This document shows, piece by piece, positions 1 to 9,491 of a stretch of 44,037 bases of DNA. The first letter of the stretch is position 1, and every line of letters begins with the position of its first letter. The position numbers and the translations under genes are program-made. Location of the stretch: IMG/VR virus record IMGVR_UViG_3300046837_000072, positions 1 to 44,037 of that record. The stretch is one strand, 5' to 3'. Source of the DNA: a virus. Taxonomy: Duplodnaviria; Caudoviricetes. Under the pieces are notes generated by a model that saw only the letters and a list, made by a program, of their open reading frames with translations, was not told the DNA's origin and made no database searches.

Positions 1-127
1 AACCAGCAAGACCGCGAATGGCAGCGGCACCTTGCGGCGAGTACGCTCCCACGTCAATAGAAATCGAGTCGTTCGGCACCGGATCGCCAGGAAACACACC
101 AGAAGTGCCCACTGCCGATATGTAGAT
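1..127. repeat. 127-bp terminal direct repeat (identical to 43911-44037); circular-assembly overlap
   Basis: First 127 nt match the last 127 nt. The repeat lies inside a continuous reading frame. Confidence 0.95.
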
Positions 128-718
128 AGTCGTTGGCTGGTTCACAATCCCAGCAACGCAATGGTAATTCTGCGCAACACATCCGTATTTGCCTATTGGC
201 GTGTTCACGTTACTGCCAGTGGCCAAGTCCTGCAAGTACGTGACGTGAAATACCTTGTCGATACTGACAGGCTTATCAACTCCGTTATGGATGATAAGCT
301 GATCCTTGAACGGCACAAAGCTAACGGCAACGAAAGCACCGCTCCAGCCACCCGGAGCCCCAGGCAACGCAGCCGCTATCGTTGAACTCCAGATCGCATT
401 GGCAACACCATTAGGCAGCACCGAAGCCATCTGACCAGTTGTCGTCACAACAACCAGACGACCATTGAAATACGTCATGTCCATGATTGTGCCAGTCACG
501 ATGCCGGTCAAATCAGTGAACCAGTTACTGCCGAAACGCACTTGCTGACCACCAGACGGAGTGCGCCGGTAGTTCTTCAACGTTACGGCATACTTAGGCT
601 CCATACTGAAGTCGTCATCGACAGCATTCAGCCCTCCGCCAAAGTTCCTGAGCGATAGGTCCAGGAGCTTCGACGCTGGTGTCTTGTGCTGAAACGTCTT
701 TGGGAACAGTGCGGACAT
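1..718 (-). CDS. 5' part of tail nozzle / tail tubular protein B-like (P22 gp10-like) gene; continues across the junction to 42811 (about 605 aa)
   Basis: ATG at 718 gives MSALFPKTF...LRNFGGGLNAVDD...LKNYRRTPSGGQQVRFGS, a typical podovirus nozzle N-terminus. It is in frame with ORF 42811..44022 (44022 equals position 112; 718-112=606). It follows the adaptor gene. Confidence 0.75.
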   Translation of the reverse strand, partial: MSALFPKTFQHKTPASKLLDLSLRNFGGGLNAVDDDFSMEPKYAVTLKNYRRTPSGGQQVRFGSNWFTDLTGIVTGTIMDMTYFNGRLVVVTTTGQMASVLPNGVANAIWSSTIAAALPGAPGGWSGAFVAVSFVPFKDQLIIHNGVDKPVSIDKVFHVTYLQDLATGSNVNTPIGKYGCVAQNYHCVAGIVNQPTTIYISAVGTSGVFPGDPVPNDSISIDVGAYSPQGAAAIRGLAG

Positions 719-750
719 AGCTTGCACTCATGAAAATGGGTGTGTTTGAC

Positions 751-1446
751 TCACCCAGCGTTGCCAATTACCCATTCATTCGGTATGCCGGAACGACCAC
801 CGGAGCCGAACGTAATCTCGAACGACGACAGTTGCTGTTGAATGTCCTTGTACCGCATCTCCATCATATTCTTCGTCATATCGGCAGCCGCAGCATTCAG
901 ATCGTCTGTAGCTAGCGTAGCCCAAGCCGTACCATAGACCAACATGTCACGATCCAGATACATTGTGTCCTGCCAGTCCCAAGCATCACGAAGAATTGGG
1001 TAGAACTTGGCGAACACATTGATCTTGCCAGTAGAAGTCCTTGGCAGTATGTAGATACGCTTCAGGGCATAGTCTGGGTCAAGCACATTGAGACTGTTCC
1101 AATACACCGGACCTGATCCTGACAGCATGTCCCCCTGAAACGGGCTTATAGACCGCGGCGCAATGCTCAGATTCGCGTGGGCACCATCCCGACGTACCGC
1201 AATGATGTCCTCGAAGTCTAGTACAGACTCTAGCTCGTTGGTCGTAGGTATGCCCTTCACACCGTCGAGCGTCAACTGGACCCAATTACAGTAGTGACGC
1301 CAGTTGTATTTCTTGTAGAGCATATTGAACGCCCGGATGGCATCCGCGAACATGCGATCATCCGAGTACATCTGCACGCCAGGACCGGAAACCTCACCGA
1401 CGAGTTCCTGAGCGTCGTCAACGATATTTCGAATCGTCGCAGGCAT
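751..1446 (-). CDS. Head-tail adaptor / tail tubular protein A-like
   Basis: 231 aa with a helical N-terminus (TIRNIVDDAQELVGE...DAIRAFNML). It lies between the head genes and the nozzle. Confidence 0.6.
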   Translation of the reverse strand: MPATIRNIVDDAQELVGEVSGPGVQMYSDDRMFADAIRAFNMLYKKYNWRHYCNWVQLTLDGVKGIPTTNELESVLDFEDIIAVRRDGAHANLSIAPRSISPFQGDMLSGSGPVYWNSLNVLDPDYALKRIYILPRTSTGKINVFAKFYPILRDAWDWQDTMYLDRDMLVYGTAWATLATDDLNAAAADMTKNMMEMRYKDIQQQLSSFEITFGSGGRSGIPNEWVIGNAG

Positions 1447-1460
1447 TGCTCATCTCCGAG

Positions 1461-1485
1461 GGGGTGGATCGCGATGACCCACCCC
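1461..1485 (-). terminator. Intergenic GC-rich hairpin next to a motif A copy
   Basis: GGGGTGGATC-GCGAT-GACCCACCCC inverted repeat after the 235-aa gene; no clear U-tract. Confidence 0.4.
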
Positions 1486-1500
1486 TGTTTGAGTCACACA

Positions 1501-2208
1501 CTAACCGCCGAAGTGCTGAATGCCCAACAAGCCACCATTGCCTGCTGCATTCACGCTCCCGTCACCGAACAGTTCGATTTCGATCTTGGTCGTTCCGTTC
1601 AGTGCAGCCGCAGCCTGGTACGTGCCGCGAGGGTCGCCGGTGACGTTCGTTGCCGGATCAGTCAGGTCCGCCAACACCTGGTTCGTGCCTGTGATGGCAG
1701 CCGCCAGAATCGTCGCACCTGCTTCACGAGCAAAGGCAATGATGCCCTTGTACGGGAAGCCGAGTTTCACGTCAGTACCGATCGAGACTGTAATTGCGTT
1801 CGTCGCCGGAGTGATGTTCTTCGCTGACAGAACACGATAGAACGCCTTTTTGCCGACAAGCCCAGCCGACGCAGCCGCTGAGCCAGTAAATCGTTCAACC
1901 ATCGGCTGACCGAGATAGTCCTGGCCGTAGACATCCATAACGTTTGCATTGCCAGGAACGCCCGACGGTGTAACGACGATATTGCGTCCGTACGGAGAGT
2001 CGGCAACACCAACGGGCGATATTGCCACACTCGTATTCGCCGCAGAGTTGGCTGCAATGAGCGTTCCGTACTTGGTAGGATTCGCAGCCGCCGGAGTACC
2101 GAGACTGAACGACTGCGGTTCAAGGTCAAGCATGTCAGACGAATACGACATCGCCTTGACATACATATTGACGCCTTGCTGGAAGAACTTACGGTCCTGA
2201 GCGCCCAT
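1501..2208 (-). CDS. Putative virion structural protein (head decoration/minor capsid)
   Basis: 235 aa, Ala/Gly/Thr-rich and likely beta-rich. It lies two genes downstream of the capsid gene. Confidence 0.5.
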   Translation of the reverse strand: MGAQDRKFFQQGVNMYVKAMSYSSDMLDLEPQSFSLGTPAAANPTKYGTLIAANSAANTSVAISPVGVADSPYGRNIVVTPSGVPGNANVMDVYGQDYLGQPMVERFTGSAAASAGLVGKKAFYRVLSAKNITPATNAITVSIGTDVKLGFPYKGIIAFAREAGATILAAAITGTNQVLADLTDPATNVTGDPRGTYQAAAALNGTTKIEIELFGDGSVNAAGNGGLLGIQHFGG

Positions 2209-2642
2209 TATGCTGCCTCCCTGTCTACGATCTGCTCAGGCATCAACTGCGGACCAGTCTTTGCGCAAGCCATCTGGATGACCATGGTTTCCATGTCGAT
2301 CATGGCACCGGCGCGAGCGTCATTGTCTTGCGCCAGCATCACCCGTCCGAGCGGGCTGTTCGGGTCCGTCAAGCCATCAAGGTTGATGACCCGAGGCTTC
2401 AGGTGCAGATTGTAGTGCTCCAGAAGCTGCCTGGTCGGAAACCGCGCGACGTGACCACGCGGGAAGTACACCATGTACCCGGCAGGCTCCTCGACCATCT
2501 CGCGCTTCCACTCGTACTGGTCGCGCGACTTGGCATTACCTTTCTTGGTCAAGACGAGACGCACCTTCTCCCGCTTGACCGTGCCCTGCAACTCCCGCAC
2601 CACAAACGAGAGTCGCGCACCGATCATGTTTGCCGTCATCAT
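2208..2642 (-). CDS. Hypothetical protein
   Basis: 144-aa ORF with an AGGAG RBS; its stop overlaps the next start. Confidence 0.8.
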   Translation of the reverse strand: MMTANMIGARLSFVVRELQGTVKREKVRLVLTKKGNAKSRDQYEWKREMVEEPAGYMVYFPRGHVARFPTRQLLEHYNLHLKPRVINLDGLTDPNSPLGRVMLAQDNDARAGAMIDMETMVIQMACAKTGPQLMPEQIVDREAA

Positions 2643-2672
2643 GTGACGTTACTCCTGTGTTTGACTCAAACG

Positions 2673-3641
2673 CTAGTTGGTGAGGAAGGCATGCGTCCGG
2701 TAGTTGCGCCATGTGCAGAGTTGACCTTCCCACACGACACGACGACCCGTAGCATCCATCGACCACGGTGCAACAAGCTGCTTGATCTTCATGTTGACAC
2801 CACGCAGCACATGCAGCGTCATGTAGCCGTCGTTGACGAAGTACGCCTGGTTGGCGTTCAGCTTCTCGTCGAACAACAGCGGAATGCCGTTGTGGGTTGT
2901 GCCGACAATCCCCAGATTGACAAGTTTCTTGCCTGTCCCCGTCGCATCCAGGTCGATGTGCTGCTTGTCGCGGGCCGCAGCCTTGTGCATTCTGTAGATG
3001 TTGCGACCGGCAAAGATGACAGTAGGCTGCGGAGAGCTTTGGCCGTCTGTTGACCGATTGAGGTCAAGTTCGGTGATGTCATCGAATGCCTCCTCGATGT
3101 TTTCCGGCGTGAGCGTCCCCGTGAAGTCGTACGCCGACGTTCTCCACTGGCTCTCCGTTGCCATGCTGATGCCACCAACCGAGCCGCTGGTAGGATCAAC
3201 CGGAATGAGGTTGCCGAGACCGTTTGGGTCGGTTCCAGCACCCACACTCGTATGGTACATAGCGAACTGACGAGAGATGGACTCATCCAAGGCCATGATC
3301 TTGCCCTTGATGATCTTGAAAATCGCCGCACGACCCTGGTTCTCGTCCTCTTCCTGGTCGGAGATGATGAGCGATCCGACGACCCGTGACATGAAGTGAT
3401 TGACCGTCACGAATTCGTTAGTCTGGTTCACCGGCACAGTGTCGTAGTACTGCATCGATGTCACGTTGGGATTGAGGCCAGTAATCAGCGGATTGCTAAT
3501 CTGCGGGCCGCCATCCTCGACCACCACACGCTTCTTCGCATGGAGGTATGCGCTGACTGTACCGGAAATCGCAGATGCCATAATCAGCTTGGCGCGGCTG
3601 CGAGTCAACATAGCGTTGACAACCGTGTCGAGAGTTGCCAT
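2673..3641 (-). CDS. Major capsid protein
   Basis: 322 aa directly after the scaffold gene, with an AGGAG RBS. It has HK97-fold-like segments (GGPQISNPL; GTDPNGLGNLI; GIPLLFDE; VVWEGQL). Confidence 0.8.
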   Translation of the reverse strand: MATLDTVVNAMLTRSRAKLIMASAISGTVSAYLHAKKRVVVEDGGPQISNPLITGLNPNVTSMQYYDTVPVNQTNEFVTVNHFMSRVVGSLIISDQEEDENQGRAAIFKIIKGKIMALDESISRQFAMYHTSVGAGTDPNGLGNLIPVDPTSGSVGGISMATESQWRTSAYDFTGTLTPENIEEAFDDITELDLNRSTDGQSSPQPTVIFAGRNIYRMHKAAARDKQHIDLDATGTGKKLVNLGIVGTTHNGIPLLFDEKLNANQAYFVNDGYMTLHVLRGVNMKIKQLVAPWSMDATGRRVVWEGQLCTWRNYRTHAFLTN

Positions 3642-3662
3642 TATACTGCTCCTGTGTTTGAC

Positions 3663-4775
3663 TCAAACACCCAAAGCGTCGAGTGTCTCCCGAAGGATCG
3701 AGTCGTACGATTGGTTTACTGGTGCCATGTCGCCTTGCCCAGCGAACGAGGGTGCTCCGCGTCCGGTCGGCATTACTCGTCTTGCCTGCCTCACCTGCCG
3801 GTTGCCGTTCTGAGATGTCAACCGCATGTGGTTCAACTGTATTCTGGCCCATACTTCACTCATCGACATATGCTGGAACTGAGGCTGGCTCAGAACAGCA
3901 TGGAAGATGGGTATGTACTCCCTCGCTGAGGGGTTCTGAATGAAGAAACCTTGAACTTCACGCTCCGTCTCCTGATAGACACGTTGCGCCGTTTCCTGCT
4001 GCTGCTGAGTTTGCTGCTCAGCTTGCATACGTTGCTGTAATGGCGTCAACGCACCCCTAATCTCGTTCTGCACCATGCCCATGAGAGCATGAGTGTCCAC
4101 ACCGCCGGGCGCAATGCCGATCTTTGTCACATCGACGCCAGCAGCCGCAGCCATCGTCAGAATGCGTTTGAGCGCACTCACAGGGTCGCGTTTCGCCTCA
4201 GACGCAATCTGCATCGCCGTGATGGACTCAGAATCGTCCAGCCCAAGACGTGCCGCAGCCGTATTCCGGTCGTTCAACTGAGCCGTTAACTGCTCCACAC
4301 GTCCATGGAACTGCTGTCCCAACTCGATAGCACGATTCAGACGCCCAGACAAGTCCTGGGACCGAATCTGCTCCGTGGCAAGCTCGCGCCTCGAACGCTG
4401 CGCCTCCTGATACATGCGGGCTTCAAATCCCGCCTTGGCGACGACTTTGCCATCAGGTCCAATGAGGTTCCCACGCTGGTCCGCCTGTACTTCCGCACCA
4501 CGCGGCAACTGTCCAGGCTGTTGCTGTCGTGGCTCTTGCTGTCCAGGCTGTTGACGTTGCGGCTGTTGCTGCTGTCGAGCCTGCCTGCGATCCTCGTTTG
4601 ACTCAAACGCTTCACCGCGTGATCGCGGCTCTTCTATCTCACCGTACTCTTCGCCGCCTCCTAACTCTTCTCCACCTTCATCGCCGCCAAGATCAGCCTC
4701 GTCCATTCCTAGGTTATCCAGCACCATATCCATGGCGCTCTCTGAACCACCGTCCAGGTTCCGTTCCGTCATCAC
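3663..4775 (-). CDS. Capsid scaffolding protein
   Basis: Acidic, Gln-rich, coiled-coil-like 370 aa between portal and capsid, with a short C-terminal helix. Confidence 0.7.
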   Translation of the reverse strand: MMTERNLDGGSESAMDMVLDNLGMDEADLGGDEGGEELGGGEEYGEIEEPRSRGEAFESNEDRRQARQQQQPQRQQPGQQEPRQQQPGQLPRGAEVQADQRGNLIGPDGKVVAKAGFEARMYQEAQRSRRELATEQIRSQDLSGRLNRAIELGQQFHGRVEQLTAQLNDRNTAAARLGLDDSESITAMQIASEAKRDPVSALKRILTMAAAAGVDVTKIGIAPGGVDTHALMGMVQNEIRGALTPLQQRMQAEQQTQQQQETAQRVYQETEREVQGFFIQNPSAREYIPIFHAVLSQPQFQHMSMSEVWARIQLNHMRLTSQNGNRQVRQARRVMPTGRGAPSFAGQGDMAPVNQSYDSILRETLDALGV

Positions 4776-4782
4776 ACTTCTC

Positions 4783-7152
4783 CTACTGCATTGGGTTCAA
4801 TTTGGCTAGTGGGGACTTCTTGGGTAGTATCGGTGGCGACGCCTTTGGTGGACCTCCCGGTAGCGGCGGTGCTGGCCCAGCCGGGGGCGTGCCTTGTTGG
4901 GCATTCTGCGCATGCAACTGTGCCACATGCTGTAGCAAGTAGCTCATAATCATGTGTGGATCGGCACCCGAGTTCTTCATCTGCACGACTTGTGCCTTGA
5001 CATCTGGCGGAATACTGGCAAGCAACTGCTCAATATTCTGTCCAGGCATCGTACCAGGCCCCTGTGTTGGGGATGGCGTAGGCGCCCCTGGCGTTCCAGC
5101 ATCCGCACCACCTGGAGGCTGGTCCGCAGGCTGATTCCCACCTGGCTGCGTGCCAGCAGCCGAACCAGCACCCTGGCCAGTCTTCGCTGTGATCTCCGCA
5201 TCGATTGCCGCCCAATCCTCTGGCTGGATCACAACCTCTGTGAACGCCTGTTGCAGCACCTTCAGCATCACTTTTAACGTCGCACCTGGCGCTGCCTGCG
5301 CAAATTGCCCAACGGCCTGCGCAATCTGGATCGCCTCCTTCTTCTTGAATATGCTATTCGGCTTCTCCATGCTGCCAGCAACGATTTCCATACTGAACGT
5401 ACTGTTCAGCATCGCAACGCTCATTTGTTTGTAATTCTGACCCAACGCAGGCCCAATGAGCCCAATCACATCCTCCACGCTCATGTACTGCACACACATC
5501 TCGGCAAGTGAAATCGCTATGTCAGCAACCACGTCTTCCACAACGTCAACCTTCGCCCCAACCGACAGCTTCATCGACTCCTGATACGTGTTGACGGCAT
5601 CCTCGTTTGTGTTCGTCTTGAACTGAACACCGCGCAACGCATCGCTCGTATTCGTGATACGGTTGATTGAGTCAAACAGGTCTTCTTTGTTGAACAGTTC
5701 TTTGTACGCATCCATTCGAGGATACAACGACTCGAAAATGTCCGAAATCTTGCCCTCACCAGCCTTGATGCCGCAGATGTGTTTCAAGTCACTTCCGATG
5801 CTTTCCCCACGAATGCCGTTCAGCATCTTCTCGACCTGATCGCCATCCACCTTATCCGAATTGTAGAAAAAGAAATCAAACACCGACGTTCGCATGCGTC
5901 GCAGCTTGCGATTGATTGTGTTGATTTCGTCTTGCTGATCCAAATAGTACGCAGTTTCGCCCACACCGACTGTTCCGCCGGTGCTCATAGTGTAGCCAAT
6001 GATGAAATACGGAAAAAAGCGTGTGATGTGCAATGGATCATCCCACACCCACAAAGGCCATTTCCAATCGTCACGATGGAACAGCATAACGCGATGCGTC
6101 AGCTTGTCCCAAACCAAATAGCACTCTGTCGTATACATTCGCAAATACGCAGTGCGCTCGTCATCCGTATGATGTGCGCTATCCACAGCGTCTTCCATAG
6201 CTTGCTGCACAAACCCCAACCCGTCATCACGCTTGCCGTCAGACGTGTCGAATGAAGCCTTGTGCGTAGGCTTGTAAATAAGAACACGCGCGCCACAGTC
6301 GTAATTGCTCGATCCTGGATCGTTTGACTCAGACGCAGACTCTGGATCAGGCTTCGTGAATCGCTGCGTGAGCATCGCAGTTGGCAAAAAGACACGCTCC
6401 GCCATCCACTCAGCATCCGTACCGTCCTGTAACTCTGAGTACGGATCGATGATCAGATTATGCGGCAGGATATTGCCAAGGCTTGGACCGCTTGGCTTCA
6501 TCACTTCCATATTCATCTCTAGGGCTTCCATCTGCCCGTAGAGCATAGAAACCGCCTCTTGCGTCTTCGCAGTGGCTAGTTCTTGTGTAATCTGACTCAT
6601 CTGCTGAATGGCGATTTCCCTCGAATCGTCTTTTCGAGTATAGTCCAGCTTCATGACACCGAAATTCGTTAGCAGCCCAATGCCGACGCACTTCTTGATC
6701 TTCTGCTTCGCATGCAACGATGTTCTGAATAGTGTATTTATCAGCTTCTCCATCGCTCGACAGAACTCTTGATCCGAGTCGTCGGACGTGCTGACAGTAA
6801 TGTCTGGGTTTTTGCTATAGACCGCAGGTAGCATGATGTTCAGGTTCGAGAACACCACGTTTTCAGTCACATCGCCACGCTTGAAGACACCACGCGACGA
6901 CTCAATCGCACGACCTTGGCTGTTGTTGTAGTATCGGAAAATCTCGTCCCACATCAACGTGATTTGTTCGTAGGCTTTCGTAGCCGCATTGATCCTGCGC
7001 TGCCACAACTTGCCTACGGACGAACTAATCGCTATGCGACTGCCTTCGTAAATCTGATATACTGGCGCAGGCTCCTTGCCAGGCTTCGAAGGCGCACTAG
7101 CATCGTCGCCCACATCGGTCGGATCGCTATCATTGATGTCAGCAAAGGTCAT
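4783..7152 (-). CDS. Portal protein
   Basis: 789 aa downstream of TerL. It has podovirus portal-like segments (NVVFSNLNIMLPAVYSKNPDI; YLDQQDEINTIN; RITNTSDALRG) and a Pro/Gln-rich tail. Confidence 0.8.
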   Translation of the reverse strand: MTFADINDSDPTDVGDDASAPSKPGKEPAPVYQIYEGSRIAISSSVGKLWQRRINAATKAYEQITLMWDEIFRYYNNSQGRAIESSRGVFKRGDVTENVVFSNLNIMLPAVYSKNPDITVSTSDDSDQEFCRAMEKLINTLFRTSLHAKQKIKKCVGIGLLTNFGVMKLDYTRKDDSREIAIQQMSQITQELATAKTQEAVSMLYGQMEALEMNMEVMKPSGPSLGNILPHNLIIDPYSELQDGTDAEWMAERVFLPTAMLTQRFTKPDPESASESNDPGSSNYDCGARVLIYKPTHKASFDTSDGKRDDGLGFVQQAMEDAVDSAHHTDDERTAYLRMYTTECYLVWDKLTHRVMLFHRDDWKWPLWVWDDPLHITRFFPYFIIGYTMSTGGTVGVGETAYYLDQQDEINTINRKLRRMRTSVFDFFFYNSDKVDGDQVEKMLNGIRGESIGSDLKHICGIKAGEGKISDIFESLYPRMDAYKELFNKEDLFDSINRITNTSDALRGVQFKTNTNEDAVNTYQESMKLSVGAKVDVVEDVVADIAISLAEMCVQYMSVEDVIGLIGPALGQNYKQMSVAMLNSTFSMEIVAGSMEKPNSIFKKKEAIQIAQAVGQFAQAAPGATLKVMLKVLQQAFTEVVIQPEDWAAIDAEITAKTGQGAGSAAGTQPGGNQPADQPPGGADAGTPGAPTPSPTQGPGTMPGQNIEQLLASIPPDVKAQVVQMKNSGADPHMIMSYLLQHVAQLHAQNAQQGTPPAGPAPPLPGGPPKASPPILPKKSPLAKLNPMQ

Positions 7153-7178
7153 TTGTCAGCCCCGTTTGACTCACACAG

Positions 7179-7358
7179 TTAATGCAGCCCAAGATTCCTA
7201 GCGATACCACCGAACAATTCAGCAGCAATCCAAAAAGCAACTGCCGCCCATCCGAGATGCCACCGTGTATTGGGACCGGCTGGGTACTGATTCCATATCG
7301 CCGCGAGAAAGGCACACACGAATGCGAATACAAGTAAAACCAAACCAACGTTCTGCAT
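7179..7358 (-). CDS. 59-aa two-TM membrane protein (holin-like candidate); not in the ORF track
   Basis: My translation: MQNVGLVLLVFAFVCAFLAAIWNQYPAGPNTRWHLGWAAVAFWIAAELFGGIARNLGLH. It has a strong RBS (AAGGAGG) and fills the TerL-portal gap. Confidence 0.75.
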   Translation of the reverse strand: MQNVGLVLLVFAFVCAFLAAIWNQYPAGPNTRWHLGWAAVAFWIAAELFGGIARNLGLH

Positions 7359-7409
7359 CGCTCCCTCCTTATTCCCCGCCTTCGCGAGGACATGGTTTGA
7401 CTCACACAG

Positions 7410-8927
7410 TCAGTGATTACCTCTGTATCCAAGCTCTGTCTCATGCCAATACTGCCACTTCGGCGGCAGCGCCGACTCTGGCACTATGATCTTGCTTACC
7501 TCTGGCAGATAGCTTAGCATGTACTTCAGCGCATTCATCGCATGATCATGCGCATCCATCGGCTCGTCAATCCGCTGGCCAGCAGTGTTCTGCTTCCAGT
7601 AGTACGACGACATCTCGTCACCAATGAACGCCAAGTCATCGACGAAGTAAATCATTGGCCCAGGGTCTTCCCTCGTAATAATGTGTGGCACACCCTTCTT
7701 GCCTGCCAAATACGAATTGACCTTCGCAATACCTGTGACGATATTGTTGCTCGAAGGTCGCATGTAAATCTTGTCATCCTGATACAGCTTCGCAATTGTC
7801 GAGCCGGTTTCCTTCATCCCAGCAACGACCGTCTTCTTGAATATGGAAGGATCAGCATGGATACGATTATTGAACATCAGCAATCCGGCATACCTTGCCC
7901 TGATGTCCCTAATCGCCTGCGGCTGCATGTTGTATGGAAAGTCGCTCTGGTAGAACCCATCAAGAACGATCACACGCCCACGGTCGTCCACAAATCCCAG
8001 CAAATAACAGCTTGGCGAGACTATACCAAAATCGTAAGCCTCCACTGCTTGAATTTGTACGTGTCGCAATAGACACTCTGCAAGGTAATTTTCGGCCTCC
8101 GCACGCGATAGGGTATGTACCGCCGGATCGTAATCTGGATGGACCAGCCCCTCGAATGCAACCCACTTTCCGAGCAAGAAACGGTCACGCATCTGGCCCT
8201 TGTAAGTGGCTTCGAGTCCGACAATATAGTCATGGGACAAATTCGCCTTGTTCGCATACGTGTCTGACTCAAACAGTTCCATGAGAGGCAGCCCCGTGTC
8301 GGAATCGATGAGCAGCTTCTCGACCTTCTGACCAGTCTTCAGCCACAACAGGTACGGCTGGATCAATTCCTTGTAGAACCAGTTGTGCGATGGGTTCGCC
8401 GTCAGCATCAACCACCGTGGACCACTCGCTGGCATCGTCAAGTCTTCGTCGTCCGCTAGATACGATGCATCGCCACGGAGACGGCCAAGCAAATCCAGGA
8501 AGTCCTTGTGTATGATGCCAGGGTCTTCGACCTGATCGACCCCTACCCAATCGTACGTCGCAGACAACAAATTGCTCGTCGCGCTGCCATCGCTACGACC
8601 CCTGCCACGCTGCGATATGTATCGGAAATTGACAATCGAGCCATTCTTCATATAGCACGTATTGTCGTCGATAGTCGGCTTCTTCAAAATCCAATCAGGC
8701 GGGCACCACTTAAAGAACACGCGCCTGAGCGTATCATTCAGCTTCGGATATGTCTCGCGGGCAAGGAGTCCATTGCAACCTGGATAGTCCTTGACCAGCT
8801 TCAGCGCCTTGACCGCGAGTGCAGTCGTCTTTCCATTAGCAAACGCTCCGCCGAATACTTGTATCTTTGCCCGGCTATGATAAAAGCCAGACTGCACAGA
8901 CCCTTCGATGAGTTTGTAATTCGGCAT
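7410..8927 (-). CDS. terL: Terminase large subunit
   Basis: Walker A-like VFGGAFANGKTT, LLARETYPKL, Walker B-like WVGVDQVED and LTANP coupling motif. The nuclease half has AYDFG, ADPS and DHAMNALKY. Confidence 0.9.
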   Translation of the reverse strand: MPNYKLIEGSVQSGFYHSRAKIQVFGGAFANGKTTALAVKALKLVKDYPGCNGLLARETYPKLNDTLRRVFFKWCPPDWILKKPTIDDNTCYMKNGSIVNFRYISQRGRGRSDGSATSNLLSATYDWVGVDQVEDPGIIHKDFLDLLGRLRGDASYLADDEDLTMPASGPRWLMLTANPSHNWFYKELIQPYLLWLKTGQKVEKLLIDSDTGLPLMELFESDTYANKANLSHDYIVGLEATYKGQMRDRFLLGKWVAFEGLVHPDYDPAVHTLSRAEAENYLAECLLRHVQIQAVEAYDFGIVSPSCYLLGFVDDRGRVIVLDGFYQSDFPYNMQPQAIRDIRARYAGLLMFNNRIHADPSIFKKTVVAGMKETGSTIAKLYQDDKIYMRPSSNNIVTGIAKVNSYLAGKKGVPHIITREDPGPMIYFVDDLAFIGDEMSSYYWKQNTAGQRIDEPMDAHDHAMNALKYMLSYLPEVSKIIVPESALPPKWQYWHETELGYRGNH

Positions 8928-8948
8928 TTGAGTCAAACACCTTGAGGG

Positions 8949-9167
8949 TTATTGTCGGACGGCTTGTTTTTGCCAATGGCCCGTTGTCGAATCTGCTGCT
9001 TGATACGTTTCAAGCGTATCCACCGTGACAAGGGTTTCTCCCGGATACTGAGGCGTTGCCGCCGCGACCGCCGCCACGTTCGCGACATAGCGATTCACCT
9101 TCGAATACGGCGGATCGACCGATCCTGACATAGCATCGGTCCCTGCCTTGTTCGGAACCCACGTCAT
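8949..9167 (-). CDS. Hypothetical protein
   Basis: 72 aa with a GGAGG RBS and ATGA overlap with the upstream gene. Confidence 0.7.
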   Translation of the reverse strand: MTWVPNKAGTDAMSGSVDPPYSKVNRYVANVAAVAAATPQYPGETLVTVDTLETYQAADSTTGHWQKQAVRQ

Positions 9168-9490
9168 TCGTATTGCCTCCGCTCTCCTGCCGACGGTCTA
9201 CCACCCTGCGCCGGCTCCGGCCTTTCAGCCAACGCGATACCGCTGGATCGCATCTTGTGAGCCTCCTCCTTCGTCAGCGCCACAACATCGCCGATGCTGC
9301 ACGTGACGTGATCACCTTCCTTCTCTTCGGGCGGTGGCACATCAGCCTTCTTCGTCTTGAAGTGATCCTTGTGAAAGACAGCACCATCGGTCAGCACAGT
9401 GTATTCGTGCACCGCCTTCGGGTCTTCCACATCTGCCGGTTGCGCTGTCGATGCCGTCTCCGCCACTTCCTGCTCCTTCTTCTTTGTCAT
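9164..9490 (-). CDS. Hypothetical protein
   Basis: 108 aa with an AGGAGG RBS, tightly packed in the operon. Confidence 0.75.
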   Translation of the reverse strand: MTKKKEQEVAETASTAQPADVEDPKAVHEYTVLTDGAVFHKDHFKTKKADVPPPEEKEGDHVTCSIGDVVALTKEEAHKMRSSGIALAERPEPAQGGRPSAGERRQYE

Positions 9491-9491
9491 C

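Noticed and set aside
7139-7444. 101-aa ORF from the track between terL and portal
   Set aside because: The 59-aa ORF in another frame (7179..7358) has a much better RBS and a coherent membrane-protein sequence.
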